From: an uncultured Acidobacteriota bacterium
GTDB lineage: Bacteria; Acidobacteriota; Thermoanaerobaculia; UBA5066; Gp7-AA6
DNA length: 64,000 nucleotides
Reading direction: 5' to 3'
NCBI GenBank assembly: GCA_963742245.1
Contig: CAVULG010000006.1
Span: forward strand, 36,962-100,961
Each line of letters starts with the position of its first letter. Positions within the stretch are counted from its first letter, which is position 1. Below, piece after piece: positions 22,254-31,166 of this stretch. The notes beneath the pieces are model-generated. The model was not told the origin of the DNA. It made no database searches and saw nothing but the letters and a program-made list of their open reading frames with translations. The position numbers and the translations under genes are program-made.

Positions 22254-23903
22254 ATGCACCTCGCGCTCCCTCGAAAGTGGCGTCCCCGCATCTTCGACGA
22301 CCTCGTCGGCCAGGAGGCCGTCGCGCGCACCCTCTCCAACGCAATCGCCGACGGACGGGTGGCGTCCGCGTACCTGCTGACCGGTCCCCGCGGCGTCGGG
22401 AAGACCTCGACCGCGCGGATGCTGGCCCGGGCGCTCAACTGCGACAAGGGTCCCACCGTCAAGCCCTGCGGCGAGTGCGCGTCGTGCCGCGAGATCCTGG
22501 AGCGCGGCGAGTCCCTCGACGTCCACGAGATGGACGGCGCGTCCAACCGCAAGATCGAGAACGCCCGGGAGCTCATCGAGACGGTGCGCTATGCCCCGCA
22601 GCGGGACCGTTTCCGGATCGCGATCATCGACGAAGTCCACATGCTGACGACCGAGGCCTTCAACGCGCTTCTGAAGACCCTCGAGGAGCCCCCGGCGCAC
22701 GCGCGGTTCATTCTCGCTTCGACCGAGCTCCACAAGATCCCGGCCACGATCGTCTCGCGCTGCCAGCGCTTCGCGTTCCGCGCCCTGACGATTCCCGAGA
22801 TCGCGGGGCAGCTCGCGAAAGTCGCCAAGGCCGAGAAGATCGTGGCGACGCCGGGCGCCCTGCGCCTTCTCGCCGGCGCGGCCGAGGGCAGCCTGCGGGA
22901 CGCGCTTTCGCTCCTCGACCAGGCCGCCACGAACGCCGGCGGAACCGTCGACGAGGCGCGCTGCTCCGAGATCCTCGCCCTCGTCGACAGCCGTGTCCTC
23001 GAGGGCATGTATTCCGCCGTCGCCGGGGGCGACCGCGCGGCCGCGATCTCGGCGCTGACGCGCCTGATCGAGGGCGGCTCGGATCCCCGGCACGTCCTCA
23101 AGGAATTCGTGGCGTTCCTGCGGCGGGCGCTGCTCGCCGCCGCGGGGGCCCCGTCGGATCTTCCGGCCGAGGACCGCGACCGGCTCACGGCGTTGTCGAA
23201 GGCGATGCCCTACGACAACCTGCTGCGCGCGGTCTCCCTGACGCTGCAGGCCGAAGAGCAGGTGCGGCGCGTGGACGACCCGGGTCTCGTCGTCCAGATG
23301 CTCGTCCTGAAGCTCGCGGAGCTGCCGCGCCTGCGCGACATCGAAGCCGCCATTTCGGGTGCGCCGGTCGCGCGTCCCGTGCCGGCCACGCCGGCGGCGC
23401 CGGAGCCCTCGCGGCCGGCCAACGCCGGGCCGCGGATCGTGTCCCTCGTGTCCGTGGAAGCCGAGCCCGAGCCCGCGGAGGCCGCTTCCGGCTCCGCGCC
23501 GGCTCCGGAAGGCGATCCCGTCGCGCGGTTCCACGAGATCCTCGACTCGAAGCGCCGCGTCACGGCGGCGCAGGTCAGCCTCGCCGAGTCGATCGGCGTC
23601 GTGGGGGAGGAACTCGTGCTGCGCTTCGGGATCGACCGCGCCGCGGCCAAGGAGGCGCTCGAGGAGCACGCCGCCAGGAAACTGCTCGCGGAAGTCGCGC
23701 GCGAGGCCTTCGGCCGGCCTCTGAAAATCGTGCTGAAGACGGGCCCTCCCGCCGATGGCGACCTCGGCAAGGTCGCGCGCGAGGTTCCACGCGCCACGAT
23801 CTCGCGCGAGCGCGCGAGCACGCGCGCCGAGTCCGATCCGATGGTGCGCTCGGCGATGGAGCTCTTCCACGGCGAGCTGACGGAGATCAAGGAAGAGGAA
23901 TAG
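22254..23903 (+). CDS. dnaX: DNA polymerase III subunit gamma/tau
   Basis: ALPRKWRPRIFDDLVGQEAV, Walker A GPRGVGKTSTARMLA, zinc module CGECASCREI, and sensor motifs. The start is set at 22254 (MHLAL) rather than 22245, which lies inside the -10 box. Confidence 0.9.
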   Translation: MHLALPRKWRPRIFDDLVGQEAVARTLSNAIADGRVASAYLLTGPRGVGKTSTARMLARALNCDKGPTVKPCGECASCREILERGESLDVHEMDGASNRKIENARELIETVRYAPQRDRFRIAIIDEVHMLTTEAFNALLKTLEEPPAHARFILASTELHKIPATIVSRCQRFAFRALTIPEIAGQLAKVAKAEKIVATPGALRLLAGAAEGSLRDALSLLDQAATNAGGTVDEARCSEILALVDSRVLEGMYSAVAGGDRAAAISALTRLIEGGSDPRHVLKEFVAFLRRALLAAAGAPSDLPAEDRDRLTALSKAMPYDNLLRAVSLTLQAEEQVRRVDDPGLVVQMLVLKLAELPRLRDIEAAISGAPVARPVPATPAAPEPSRPANAGPRIVSLVSVEAEPEPAEAASGSAPAPEGDPVARFHEILDSKRRVTAAQVSLAESIGVVGEELVLRFGIDRAAAKEALEEHAARKLLAEVAREAFGRPLKIVLKTGPPADGDLGKVAREVPRATISRERASTRAESDPMVRSAMELFHGELTEIKEEE

Positions 23904-23911
23904 GGCTCGTC

Positions 23912-24208
23912 ATGAACATTCAGAAAATGATGCAGCAGGCGCAGGCCATGCAGACCAAGATGCAGGCGGAGCTCGAGGCCATGCGCATCGAGGCGACCTC
24001 CGGCGGCGGCATGGTGAAGATCGAGATGTCGGGCACCAAGGAGGTCCTCGCCGTTTCGATCGAGAAGGCGGCCGTCGATCCCGCCGACGTCGAGACCCTT
24101 CAGGATCTCGTTCTCGCGGCCTGCCGCGAGGCCTCGCGCCGGGTGGATGAAGCCGTGCAGAAGAAGACGTCCTCGATGCTCGGCGGCATGATGCCGGGGA
24201 TGCGCTAG
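23912..24208 (+). CDS. ybaB: YbaB/EbfC family nucleoid-associated protein
   Basis: 98 aa: MNIQKMMQQAQAMQTKMQAELEAM...GGGMVKIEMSGTKEV. Conserved dnaX-ybaB-recR order. Confidence 0.9.
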   Translation: MNIQKMMQQAQAMQTKMQAELEAMRIEATSGGGMVKIEMSGTKEVLAVSIEKAAVDPADVETLQDLVLAACREASRRVDEAVQKKTSSMLGGMMPGMR

Positions 24209-24211
24209 CCG

Positions 24212-24808
24212 TTGCCGGGGACGCCCAAGAGCCTCGAGCGCCTCGCCTCCGAGTTCCAGCGCCTGCCGGGCATCGGAGCCAAGAGCGCCGCGCGCCTCGC
24301 GTACCACCTCCTCCGGTCGCCCGACGAGGACGCCGAGCGCCTCGCGCGGGCCATCTCCGAGTCCCGCGCCGCGGTCCGCCGCTGCTCGATCTGCAACACG
24401 CTGACCGAAGAAGACCCCTGCGAGATCTGCTCGGACCCGCAGCGCGACGCGGCGCTGCTCTGCGTCGTCGAAGAGCCGGGCAACCTCGCGGCCGTCGAGA
24501 AGACCCGCGAGTATCGCGGCAAGTACCACGTCCTCTGGGGCGCGCTCTCGCCGCTGAAGGGCATCGGGCCCGACGAGATCGACGTCGCGGGCCTCGTGTC
24601 GCGGGTCACCCCCGAGGTCCGCGAGGTCGTGATCGCCACCAACCCCAACGTCGAAGGCGAGGCGACCGCGCTGTACCTCGCCCGGCGGCTGAAGCCCTCG
24701 GGCGTGCGCGTCACCCGCATCGCCTTCGGGCTGCCGGTCGGCGGGGACATCGAATACGCCGACGAAGTCACGATGGCGCGCTCGCTGGAGAACCGCCGCG
24801 AGCTCTAG
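24212..24808 (+). CDS. recR: recombination protein RecR
   Basis: HhH motif LPGIGAKSAARLAYHLL, C4 zinc finger CSICNTLTEEDPCEIC, and a Toprim domain. Confidence 0.92.
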   Translation: MPGTPKSLERLASEFQRLPGIGAKSAARLAYHLLRSPDEDAERLARAISESRAAVRRCSICNTLTEEDPCEICSDPQRDAALLCVVEEPGNLAAVEKTREYRGKYHVLWGALSPLKGIGPDEIDVAGLVSRVTPEVREVVIATNPNVEGEATALYLARRLKPSGVRVTRIAFGLPVGGDIEYADEVTMARSLENRREL

Positions 24809-24832
24809 GGGAGGGCTTCGGGGGAATGCTGC

Positions 24833-24838
24833 TAGAAT
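24833..24838 (+). promoter_or_regulatory. -10 box TAGAAT upstream of mglB
   Basis: TAGAAT lies 28 nt before the ATG. An AGGAGA Shine-Dalgarno sits at ~24849. Confidence 0.5.
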
Positions 24839-24866
24839 AAGTCACACTAGGAGAACCAGTTAATCC

Positions 24867-25367
24867 ATGACGCTGCCTGACCTCGTCCTCTACGACGAGG
24901 AATTCCGGAAGATCAAAGACTCGCTCAACCGGCTGGCCTCGGACGCCAACGCGAACGTGGTGTTCCTGGTCGACAAGAACGGCCAGCAGATCGCAGCCGT
25001 CGGGGACCTCCAGTCGCTCGACACCACGTCGCTCGCCTCCCTGACGGCCGGCAACGTCGCCGCGACCGACGGGCTGGCGCGGCTGATCGGCGAGAAGGAG
25101 TTCTCGATCCTCTTCCACGAAGGGGAGCGCGACAACATCCACATCTCGATCGTGGCCCAGAGGGTCATCCTCGTCGTCATCTTCGACGAACGGACGTCTC
25201 TCGGTCTCGTGCGGCTGCGCGTCCGGCGGGCCATGGCGGAGCTCGACAAGATCTTCGAGGACATCGCCTCGAAGGCCGAGAAGGAAAAGCTGGCGCTGCA
25301 GGCGGATTTCGACTCGCCCTTCGCGGAAATCACGGACGAGGACATCGACCGCTTGTTTTCCGAGTAG
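24867..25367 (+). CDS. mglB: roadblock/LC7 domain protein, MglB-like GTPase-activating protein
   Basis: 166 aa with a Roadblock/LC7 fold signature (VVFLVDKNGQQIAAVGD...LTAGNVAAT). Located immediately upstream of mglA. Confidence 0.8.
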   Translation: MTLPDLVLYDEEFRKIKDSLNRLASDANANVVFLVDKNGQQIAAVGDLQSLDTTSLASLTAGNVAATDGLARLIGEKEFSILFHEGERDNIHISIVAQRVILVVIFDERTSLGLVRLRVRRAMAELDKIFEDIASKAEKEKLALQADFDSPFAEITDEDIDRLFSE

Positions 25368-25421
25368 ACGGCTGGCCAAGGGCTTCGACCGCACGAAGAC
25401 GAAGACGAAGACGGCGATTCC

Positions 25422-26006
25422 ATGACTTTCATCAACTACGCGGCTCGCGAGATCAACTGCAAGATCGTCTACTACGGTCCCGGGTTGTGCGGGAAGACGA
25501 CGAACCTCCAGTACATCTACGACCGCACGAATCCGTCGGCCAAGGGCAAGCTCATCTCGCTCGCGACCGAGACCGACCGGACGCTCTTCTTCGACTTCCT
25601 GCCGCTCGATCTCGGCACGGTCAAGGGCTTCAAGACGCGGTTCCACCTTTACACGGTGCCGGGCCAGGTCTTCTATGACGCGTCGCGCAAGCTGATCCTC
25701 AAGGGGGTCGACGGCGTCGTCTTCGTCGCGGATTCCCAGGAAGCGCGGCTGGAGGCCAACATCGAGTCGATCCGCAACCTCGACAAGAACCTCAAGGAAC
25801 AGGGCTACGACATCGCGACGGTTCCCTACGTCCTCCAGTTCAACAAGCGGGACCTGCCCACGGCGATGCCGGCCGACGAGCTCTATCGGCGCCTCAACAT
25901 CAAGCGCGAGCCGACGTTCGAGGGCGTGGCGACGACGGGCGCCGGGGTGTTCGACACGCTCAAGGCCGTGGCGCGCCAGGTGCTGATGGATCTGAAGAAA
26001 AGATAG
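25422..26006 (+). CDS. mglA: Ras-like small GTPase MglA (polarity/gliding motility regulator family)
   Basis: [45 protein letters not shown]: near-canonical MglA motifs. Confidence 0.9.
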   Translation: MTFINYAAREINCKIVYYGPGLCGKTTNLQYIYDRTNPSAKGKLISLATETDRTLFFDFLPLDLGTVKGFKTRFHLYTVPGQVFYDASRKLILKGVDGVVFVADSQEARLEANIESIRNLDKNLKEQGYDIATVPYVLQFNKRDLPTAMPADELYRRLNIKREPTFEGVATTGAGVFDTLKAVARQVLMDLKKR

Positions 26007-26091
26007 GGTCAGGTCTCGTTTTTTCGGTTTTCAGGACGTACCGGCTGTGAGCCGCAGAGGAACCGAAAACCGAAAAAACGAGACCTGACCC
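26006..26091. terminator. 27-bp perfect inverted repeat (32-nt loop) between convergent genes; probable bidirectional terminator
   Basis: gggtcaggtctcgttttttcggttttc ... gaaaaccgaaaaaacgagacctgaccc. The left arm starts at the last base of the mglA stop. The right arm abuts the stop of the 26092 ORF. Confidence 0.6.
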
Positions 26092-26352
26092 TCAAGATTC
26101 CCCGGTTCGCCCCACCGTCGCCTCGAAGCAGATCCGCTCGTCGGTGCACTCCTCCGGAAGCGCGAGGTCCCCGTCGGGCCCGCTCGAGCGCATCGTCCGC
26201 AGGCACCAGTACTGGGCGATCGAGGGAGACTGACGCGGATCGCCCTCGCCGAAGGCGTCGGGCGAAAACCACGTCTTGGTGCGCAGATGTCGGCAGAGCA
26301 GCGGGTCGGCGTCCGACTCTCCCTCGCGCGGTTTGCGCGCGAAGCGCCGCAT
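26092..26352 (-). CDS. small conserved Cys-rich hypothetical protein
   Basis: MRRFARKP...LLCRHLRTKTWF...YWCLRTM..GPDG...PEECTDERICFE has a four-Cys pattern. The start is taken at the internal ATG because the upstream part of the ORF is made of REP-like repeat sequence. Confidence 0.5.
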   Translation of the reverse strand: MRRFARKPREGESDADPLLCRHLRTKTWFSPDAFGEGDPRQSPSIAQYWCLRTMRSSGPDGDLALPEECTDERICFEATVGRTGES

Positions 26353-26388
26353 CGGCGCCAGCGGGTCGTCGCTCACGAAACCAGTCGG

Positions 26389-26450
26389 CGTAGGGGCGGC
26401 CCTTGCGGCCGCCCTCCCGTGGAAGGGCGGGGACAAGCCCCGCCCCTACG
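26389..26450. repeat. inverted pair of ~29-nt REP-like palindromic units
   Basis: gtaggggcggcccttgcggccgccctcc / ggaagggcggggacaagccccgcccctac. Each unit is itself a hairpin. The same units recur at 41759-41829. Confidence 0.75.
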
Positions 26451-26482
26451 AATGCGATCGCGCATTCGCAGCGGGTCGTCGG

Positions 26483-27454
26483 TCAGGCGAAGGCCTCCCG
26501 GAGGGCCCTCTCGAGCTCCACCTTCGCCAGTCGCACTTTGTAGCCGCTCTGCGACAGGGGCTTCGCACCGGCGACCGCAGCCTCCGCGGCGCGTCGCGCG
26601 AGCTCGGCGCCGGGCGCTCCGCCGTTCAAGACCGCCTCGGCTTCCCGCGAGCGGATCGGCGTGGGCGCGACCGCGCCGAAGACGACGCGGGCGTCCCGCA
26701 CGACGCCGCCGGAGAGCGTCAGCGCGACGGCGACTTCGACGAGCGGCCAGTCGAACGACTCCTTCTCCTTGAGCTTGCGATACACCGAGCGCGCGCCGGC
26801 CGCGGGCGCGGGCAGCGAGATCGATTCGACGACGTCGCCCGCGACGAGGTTGTTCTCGCGGGTGGCATCTTCGGTGGGACGGTAGAAGAACTTCTCGATC
26901 GGCAGGGTCCGCTTGCCCTTCGTCGAAACGATTTCCAGGCTGGCGCCGTAGGCCGTGAGGGCCGTTCCGGCCGCCGACGGATGGACGCAGCAGCACAGAA
27001 GGTCCGTATCGAAGATCGCGAGATAGCGGTTCTCGCCTTCCTTCGCGAAGCAGTCCTTCCCGCCCTTCTTGCGGCAGTCGAACTCCTCGAGGCGGTAGTA
27101 CCAGCACCGCGGCCTCTGGCAGAGGTTCCCGCCGAGGGTCGCCATGTTCCGGATCTGCGGCGTCGCGGCGCCGGACGCCGCCTCGGCGAGCGCGGGGTAG
27201 TGCTTGCGCACTCCGGCGTCGGCGGCGATCGCGGCCAGGGTGGCGAGCGCGCCGAGCTTCGCCGGCGGGCCCACGTCGATGCGCGCGAGGCCCGGTACGG
27301 CGGAGATCGACACGACGACCTTCGGGGAGTCGTAGCCTTCCTTCATCCGGTCGAGCAGGTCGACGCCTCCGGCCTTCAGCTCCGAGTCCGGCTTGGCGGC
27401 TTCGCGGGAGGCCTCGGAAAGGGTCCGGGCCTGGACGAGCGTGAATGCCTTCAT
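26483..27454 (-). CDS. xanthine dehydrogenase family FAD-binding subunit (PaoB/YagS/CoxM-like)
   Basis: MKAFTLVQARTLSEA...LKAGGVDLLDRMKEG...ATPQIRNMATLGGNLCQRPRCWYYR is the typical FAD_binding_5 / CO dehydrogenase flavoprotein signature. Confidence 0.85.
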   Translation of the reverse strand: MKAFTLVQARTLSEASREAAKPDSELKAGGVDLLDRMKEGYDSPKVVVSISAVPGLARIDVGPPAKLGALATLAAIAADAGVRKHYPALAEAASGAATPQIRNMATLGGNLCQRPRCWYYRLEEFDCRKKGGKDCFAKEGENRYLAIFDTDLLCCCVHPSAAGTALTAYGASLEIVSTKGKRTLPIEKFFYRPTEDATRENNLVAGDVVESISLPAPAAGARSVYRKLKEKESFDWPLVEVAVALTLSGGVVRDARVVFGAVAPTPIRSREAEAVLNGGAPGAELARRAAEAAVAGAKPLSQSGYKVRLAKVELERALREAFA

Positions 27455-29742
27455 GACCGGCCTCCTGCCGCCTTGTCGGCCCTGTCGGCTTTGTCGACGG
27501 CGGCGAGCACCACCTCCGGCGTGATCGGCAGCTGCGTGATCCGCGCGCCGATCGCGTGCGAGACGGCATTGGCGATCGCGGCGGCGGTCGGGACCGTGGC
27601 GGGCTCGCCGATCCCCGTCGACTGGGTGTTGTTGACGCCCTCCCAGACGGGGACGAGCACGGTTTCGATGTCCGGGCAGTCGAGGGCTCCGGCGATCTTG
27701 TAGGACTCGACGTTGGGATTGAGCATGCGGCCGCTGCCCGGGTCCATGACCCGGTCCTCGAAGAGGGCGTACGAGAGACCCTGGATGACGCCGCCCTGGA
27801 TCTGGCTCTCGGTCGTCAGGGCGTTGACGGCCAGGCCGCAGTCGTGGACGGCGACGACGCGCTCGACACGGACCCGCCCGGTCGCCGTGTCGACTTCCAC
27901 CTCGGCGAACTGAGCGCCCGCCACGAAGCGCTTCCAGGCGCCCTCGTTGTTCTCGGCGCGGTCGGCGGTGGCCGACACGCCCTGGGGCGGCAGCAGCCGG
28001 CAGGCCTCGGTCCATGACACGGACTTTCCGGCGCCGGTGACCGTGCCCTTCTCGATCTTGATCGTCTCGGGCGCGACCTTCCAGCTTTTCGCGACGGCGG
28101 CGGCGAGGCCGAGCTTGGCCTGGTAGGCCGCGCGGCGGATCGTCGGCGCGCTGCAGGGCGTCGTCTTCGAGCCGCCCGAGGCGGGCCCGAACGGCAGCCG
28201 GGAATCGCCGATGCGGACGGCGACCCTCTCCAGCGGCAACGTGAGCTCCTCGGCCGCGATCATCCCGACGACCGTCCGGGAGCCCGTGCCGAGGTCCTGG
28301 ACGCCGTGCTCGACCTCGGCCGAGCCGTCGCGCAGGATCGTGACGGTCGCCCGCGAGCCGGGACCGCCGGTGTTGTACCAGACGGCCGCGCCCACGCCGA
28401 CGCCGCGGAAAATCGCCGGGTCCTTCGTCTTGCGCCGCGCGTCGCGCGTCTTCCAGCCGATCCTCTCCGCGCCGATGCGGAACTCCTCCTGGCGGACCTC
28501 CGACGGATCGTTCTGCATGCGCAGCTCGAGCGGGTCCATGCCGAGCTTCTTCGCGAGCTCGTCCATGGTGGCCTCGAGGGCGAACGCGCCCTGCGGGTGC
28601 CCGGGCGCGCGGAAGGCCGCGGAGGGCCCGGCGTTGGTGAAGACGTCGTACTCCTCGATCTTCAGATTCGGCCAGGCGTAGACGTTCTTGGCCGGACCCG
28701 AGGCTCCCGTGCCTCCGTTGGTGCCGCCCGTTCCATGACAGACGAGGTGAAGCGCCGTCAGCTTGCCGTCCTTCTTCGCGCCGGCCTTGATCCACTGCAC
28801 CGAGGAGGGGCGATTGCCGGTGGCGAGCTGCTCTTCCTTGCGCTCCAGGAAGAGCTTGACCGGAGCGCCGGCCGCCTTCGCCAGCCGCGCGGCGGCGAGA
28901 CCTTCGACCCCCGCGCCGAACTTGGCGCCGAAGCCGCCGCCCATGTATTCGGTGACGACCCGGACGCGCGAGGCCGGAATCTTCAGGGCTTCCGCGAGCT
29001 CGTCGCGAACGGAGTAGATGCCCTGGGTCGAGGCCCAGACCGTCAGGTCCTCGCCCTCCCACTGGGCGACGAGGCCGTGCGTCTCGAGCGCGGTGTGGAG
29101 CTGGACCTGCGTGACGTAGGTCGCCTCGACGATGGCCGCGGCTTCCTTGAATCCCTTCTCGACGTCTCCGTGGCCGCTCGCGCGCGGTCCGACGACGTTG
29201 CCCTTGCGCGCCAGGCCCTTGGAACGGTCCTCGACCTCGCCCGCCGACGTCTTGGTTTCGGCGCGGCCATCGAAGACGAGCGGGGCATTCGGCTTCTCCG
29301 CCGCGGCGATGCCGACCACGAAGGGCCGGGCCTCGTACGCGACCACGATTGCCCGGAGGGCATCGTCGGCCCGCTCGGGGGTATCCGCGGCCACGGCGGC
29401 GATCTCCTGGCCTGCGAAGCGGACCTTGTCGCCGGGCTCGGTCAGCACGAGCGCCGCTTTCACGCCGGGCATCGTCCGTGCCGGCACGAGGTCGACCGAC
29501 TTTACGGTCGCCGCCGCGAGCGGGCACCGGAGGATGCGGGCGTACAGGAGGCCCGGCAGCCGGACGTCGATCGAGTAGCGCGCCTCGCCGGTGACCTTGG
29601 CCTTGGCGTCGAGGCGGGGCACGCGCTTGCCGAGGATCGAGAACTGCGTCGACGGATCCCAGGGCGCCGGGTCGCCCGCCGCGACGGTGATCTCCTTGGT
29701 CTGGAAGTCGCCGTTGAAGCCGACACGGGTCTTCTCGGCCAT
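27451..29742 (-). CDS. xanthine dehydrogenase family molybdopterin-binding large subunit (PaoC/YagR-like aldehyde oxidoreductase)
   Basis: ~763 aa starting at MAEKTRVGFNG. KVTGEARYSIDV, TQGIYSVRDELA, GGGFGAKF and CGLAVNALTTESQIQGG motifs. Confidence 0.85.
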   Translation of the reverse strand: MAEKTRVGFNGDFQTKEITVAAGDPAPWDPSTQFSILGKRVPRLDAKAKVTGEARYSIDVRLPGLLYARILRCPLAAATVKSVDLVPARTMPGVKAALVLTEPGDKVRFAGQEIAAVAADTPERADDALRAIVVAYEARPFVVGIAAAEKPNAPLVFDGRAETKTSAGEVEDRSKGLARKGNVVGPRASGHGDVEKGFKEAAAIVEATYVTQVQLHTALETHGLVAQWEGEDLTVWASTQGIYSVRDELAEALKIPASRVRVVTEYMGGGFGAKFGAGVEGLAAARLAKAAGAPVKLFLERKEEQLATGNRPSSVQWIKAGAKKDGKLTALHLVCHGTGGTNGGTGASGPAKNVYAWPNLKIEEYDVFTNAGPSAAFRAPGHPQGAFALEATMDELAKKLGMDPLELRMQNDPSEVRQEEFRIGAERIGWKTRDARRKTKDPAIFRGVGVGAAVWYNTGGPGSRATVTILRDGSAEVEHGVQDLGTGSRTVVGMIAAEELTLPLERVAVRIGDSRLPFGPASGGSKTTPCSAPTIRRAAYQAKLGLAAAVAKSWKVAPETIKIEKGTVTGAGKSVSWTEACRLLPPQGVSATADRAENNEGAWKRFVAGAQFAEVEVDTATGRVRVERVVAVHDCGLAVNALTTESQIQGGVIQGLSYALFEDRVMDPGSGRMLNPNVESYKIAGALDCPDIETVLVPVWEGVNNTQSTGIGEPATVPTAAAIANAVSHAIGARITQLPITPEVVLAAVDKADRADKAAGGRS

Positions 29743-30465
29743 GTCAGGCCTCCTCGGGTTCGAGCTCGAGCGCTTCCGCCGTGGCGCTCGAGACGCGGGG
29801 GTCATCGAAGAGATGGCCGAGACGGCTCGAGAGCGTCGCGGCTCGTGCACATGCATAGGAATGTCCTCGTGGGCCGCCGTCCGGGTCCCGGCGACGCGCT
29901 CGACCGCGTCGACGACGTGGGGATAGGTGCCGCAGCGGCAGAGGTTGCCCGCGACCGCCGCCTTGATCTCCGGGCGGGTCGGCTTCGGGTTGGCGTCGAG
30001 CAGGACCTTGCAGGAGAGGATCATTCCGGACGTGCAGAAGCCGCACTGGAGGGCGTCGGCTTCGAGGAAGGCCTGCTGGAGGGGGGAGAGGCGTCCGTCG
30101 GTCGCCAGCGCCTCGATCGTGGTGACCTCCCGGGAGCCGACCTCGTGGGCGAGCGTCAGGCAGGAGCAGACCGGCGTCCCCGCGAGAAGGACCGTGCACG
30201 ACCCGCACGCGCCGCGGCCGCAGACGACCTTGGTGCCCGTCAGACCCAGCCGGTCCCGCAGCGCGCTCACGAGCGTCACGCGGGGCTCCAGGTTGAGCTT
30301 GTGGACCTGACCGTTGACCTTCAGAGACAGTGGAGACGGACCCGGTCCGAGAATCGCCTCGTCGGCCGCGGCGTGTTTCGTTCCGGTGCCCGCCGCGATC
30401 GCCCCCACCAGCGTGCCGCGAACCAGATCCCGCCGCGTGAAGCCGCCTTTCGGCTCGTCGCCCAT
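29743..30465 (-). CDS. (2Fe-2S)-binding small subunit with Tat signal (PaoA/YagT-like); reads in-frame into the large subunit as assembled
   Basis: Twin-arginine signal FTRRDLVRGTLVGAIAAG. CGRGACGSCTV and CGFCTSGM/CRCGTY clusters. There is no stop in this frame before the large-subunit ATG. A TGAcATG junction exists in another frame at 29740-29746. Confidence 0.7.
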
Positions 30466-30480
30466 GGCTCCTCCCTCGCG

Positions 30481-31089
30481 TCAGCGATCATACGTCCGGC
30501 GGGCGGCACGCGACGGCGCGCGCGCTGCTTTTTGCGACGAGTCGGGGCGCGTGCGCGGCCGGATGCCGCGCGCGGCGGTCCGGGCTGTGCTGACCGCGCC
30601 GACGGCGCCGGCGCTCCGCAGGAAATCAAGCAGGGCCCGCCGCGCGTGGACGACGGCGGCGCGCGCGAGACCGCGCGAGCCGTCCGCGGCAGGCAGCGCC
30701 TCGATCCGCGAGGTCTCGGCCTCGATCGCCGCCGCGAGCGCCGCGGCCGTCTCCCGGCGTGCGGCGGGCGCGAGGGCGTCGAGGAAGGCGATCCGGACGA
30801 GCTCCGGGTCGTTCCGGCGCGCCGCCGCCGGCGGCTCCGCCAGCCACCGCGCGAGCTCCCGGCGGCCGGCGGCCGTCGCCCGGTAGAGGAGGCGCCGCGG
30901 CCCGCGGCCGGGCCCGAGAACCCTCTGGACGACCCAGCCGCGGCGGCGCAGTCCCGCCAGGGCGGGGTAGATCTGGGAGTACCCGGCGGCCCATGCGGGA
31001 TCGATCTCGTCGCGAAGCCGGCGCGCGAGCGCGTATCCGGTCGCGGGCTCGGCGTGGAGCAGACCGAGGATCACGTGGGGAAGCGACAT
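30481..31089 (-). CDS. PadR family transcriptional regulator
   Basis: LPHVILGLLHAEPATGYALARRL...YSQIYPALAGLRRRGWV is a winged-helix PadR signature. Confidence 0.85.
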   Translation of the reverse strand: MSLPHVILGLLHAEPATGYALARRLRDEIDPAWAAGYSQIYPALAGLRRRGWVVQRVLGPGRGPRRLLYRATAAGRRELARWLAEPPAAARRNDPELVRIAFLDALAPAARRETAAALAAAIEAETSRIEALPAADGSRGLARAAVVHARRALLDFLRSAGAVGAVSTARTAARGIRPRTRPDSSQKAARAPSRAARRTYDR

Positions 31090-31095
31090 GCGTCA

Positions 31096-31117
31096 ACTAT
31101 ATCTATGTAGATATAGT
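31096..31117. promoter_or_regulatory. perfect 10-2-10 palindrome (ACTATATCTA-TG-TAGATATAGT): putative PadR operator overlapping the padR -10 box
   Basis: Located 7-28 nt upstream of the padR ATG (31089). On the minus strand, TATAGT lies 6 nt before the ATG. Confidence 0.6.
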
Positions 31118-31166
31118 CGGGGCCGGGCCGGCGCCCGGAGCGTCCTCAGGCGGGGACTGTAAAGGG

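Noticed and set aside
22277-24208. A 643-aa ORF overlapping dnaX in another frame.
   Set aside because: It is an Arg/Gly/Pro-rich shadow frame. Only its last 98 codons (from the ATG at 23912) are the real ybaB gene.
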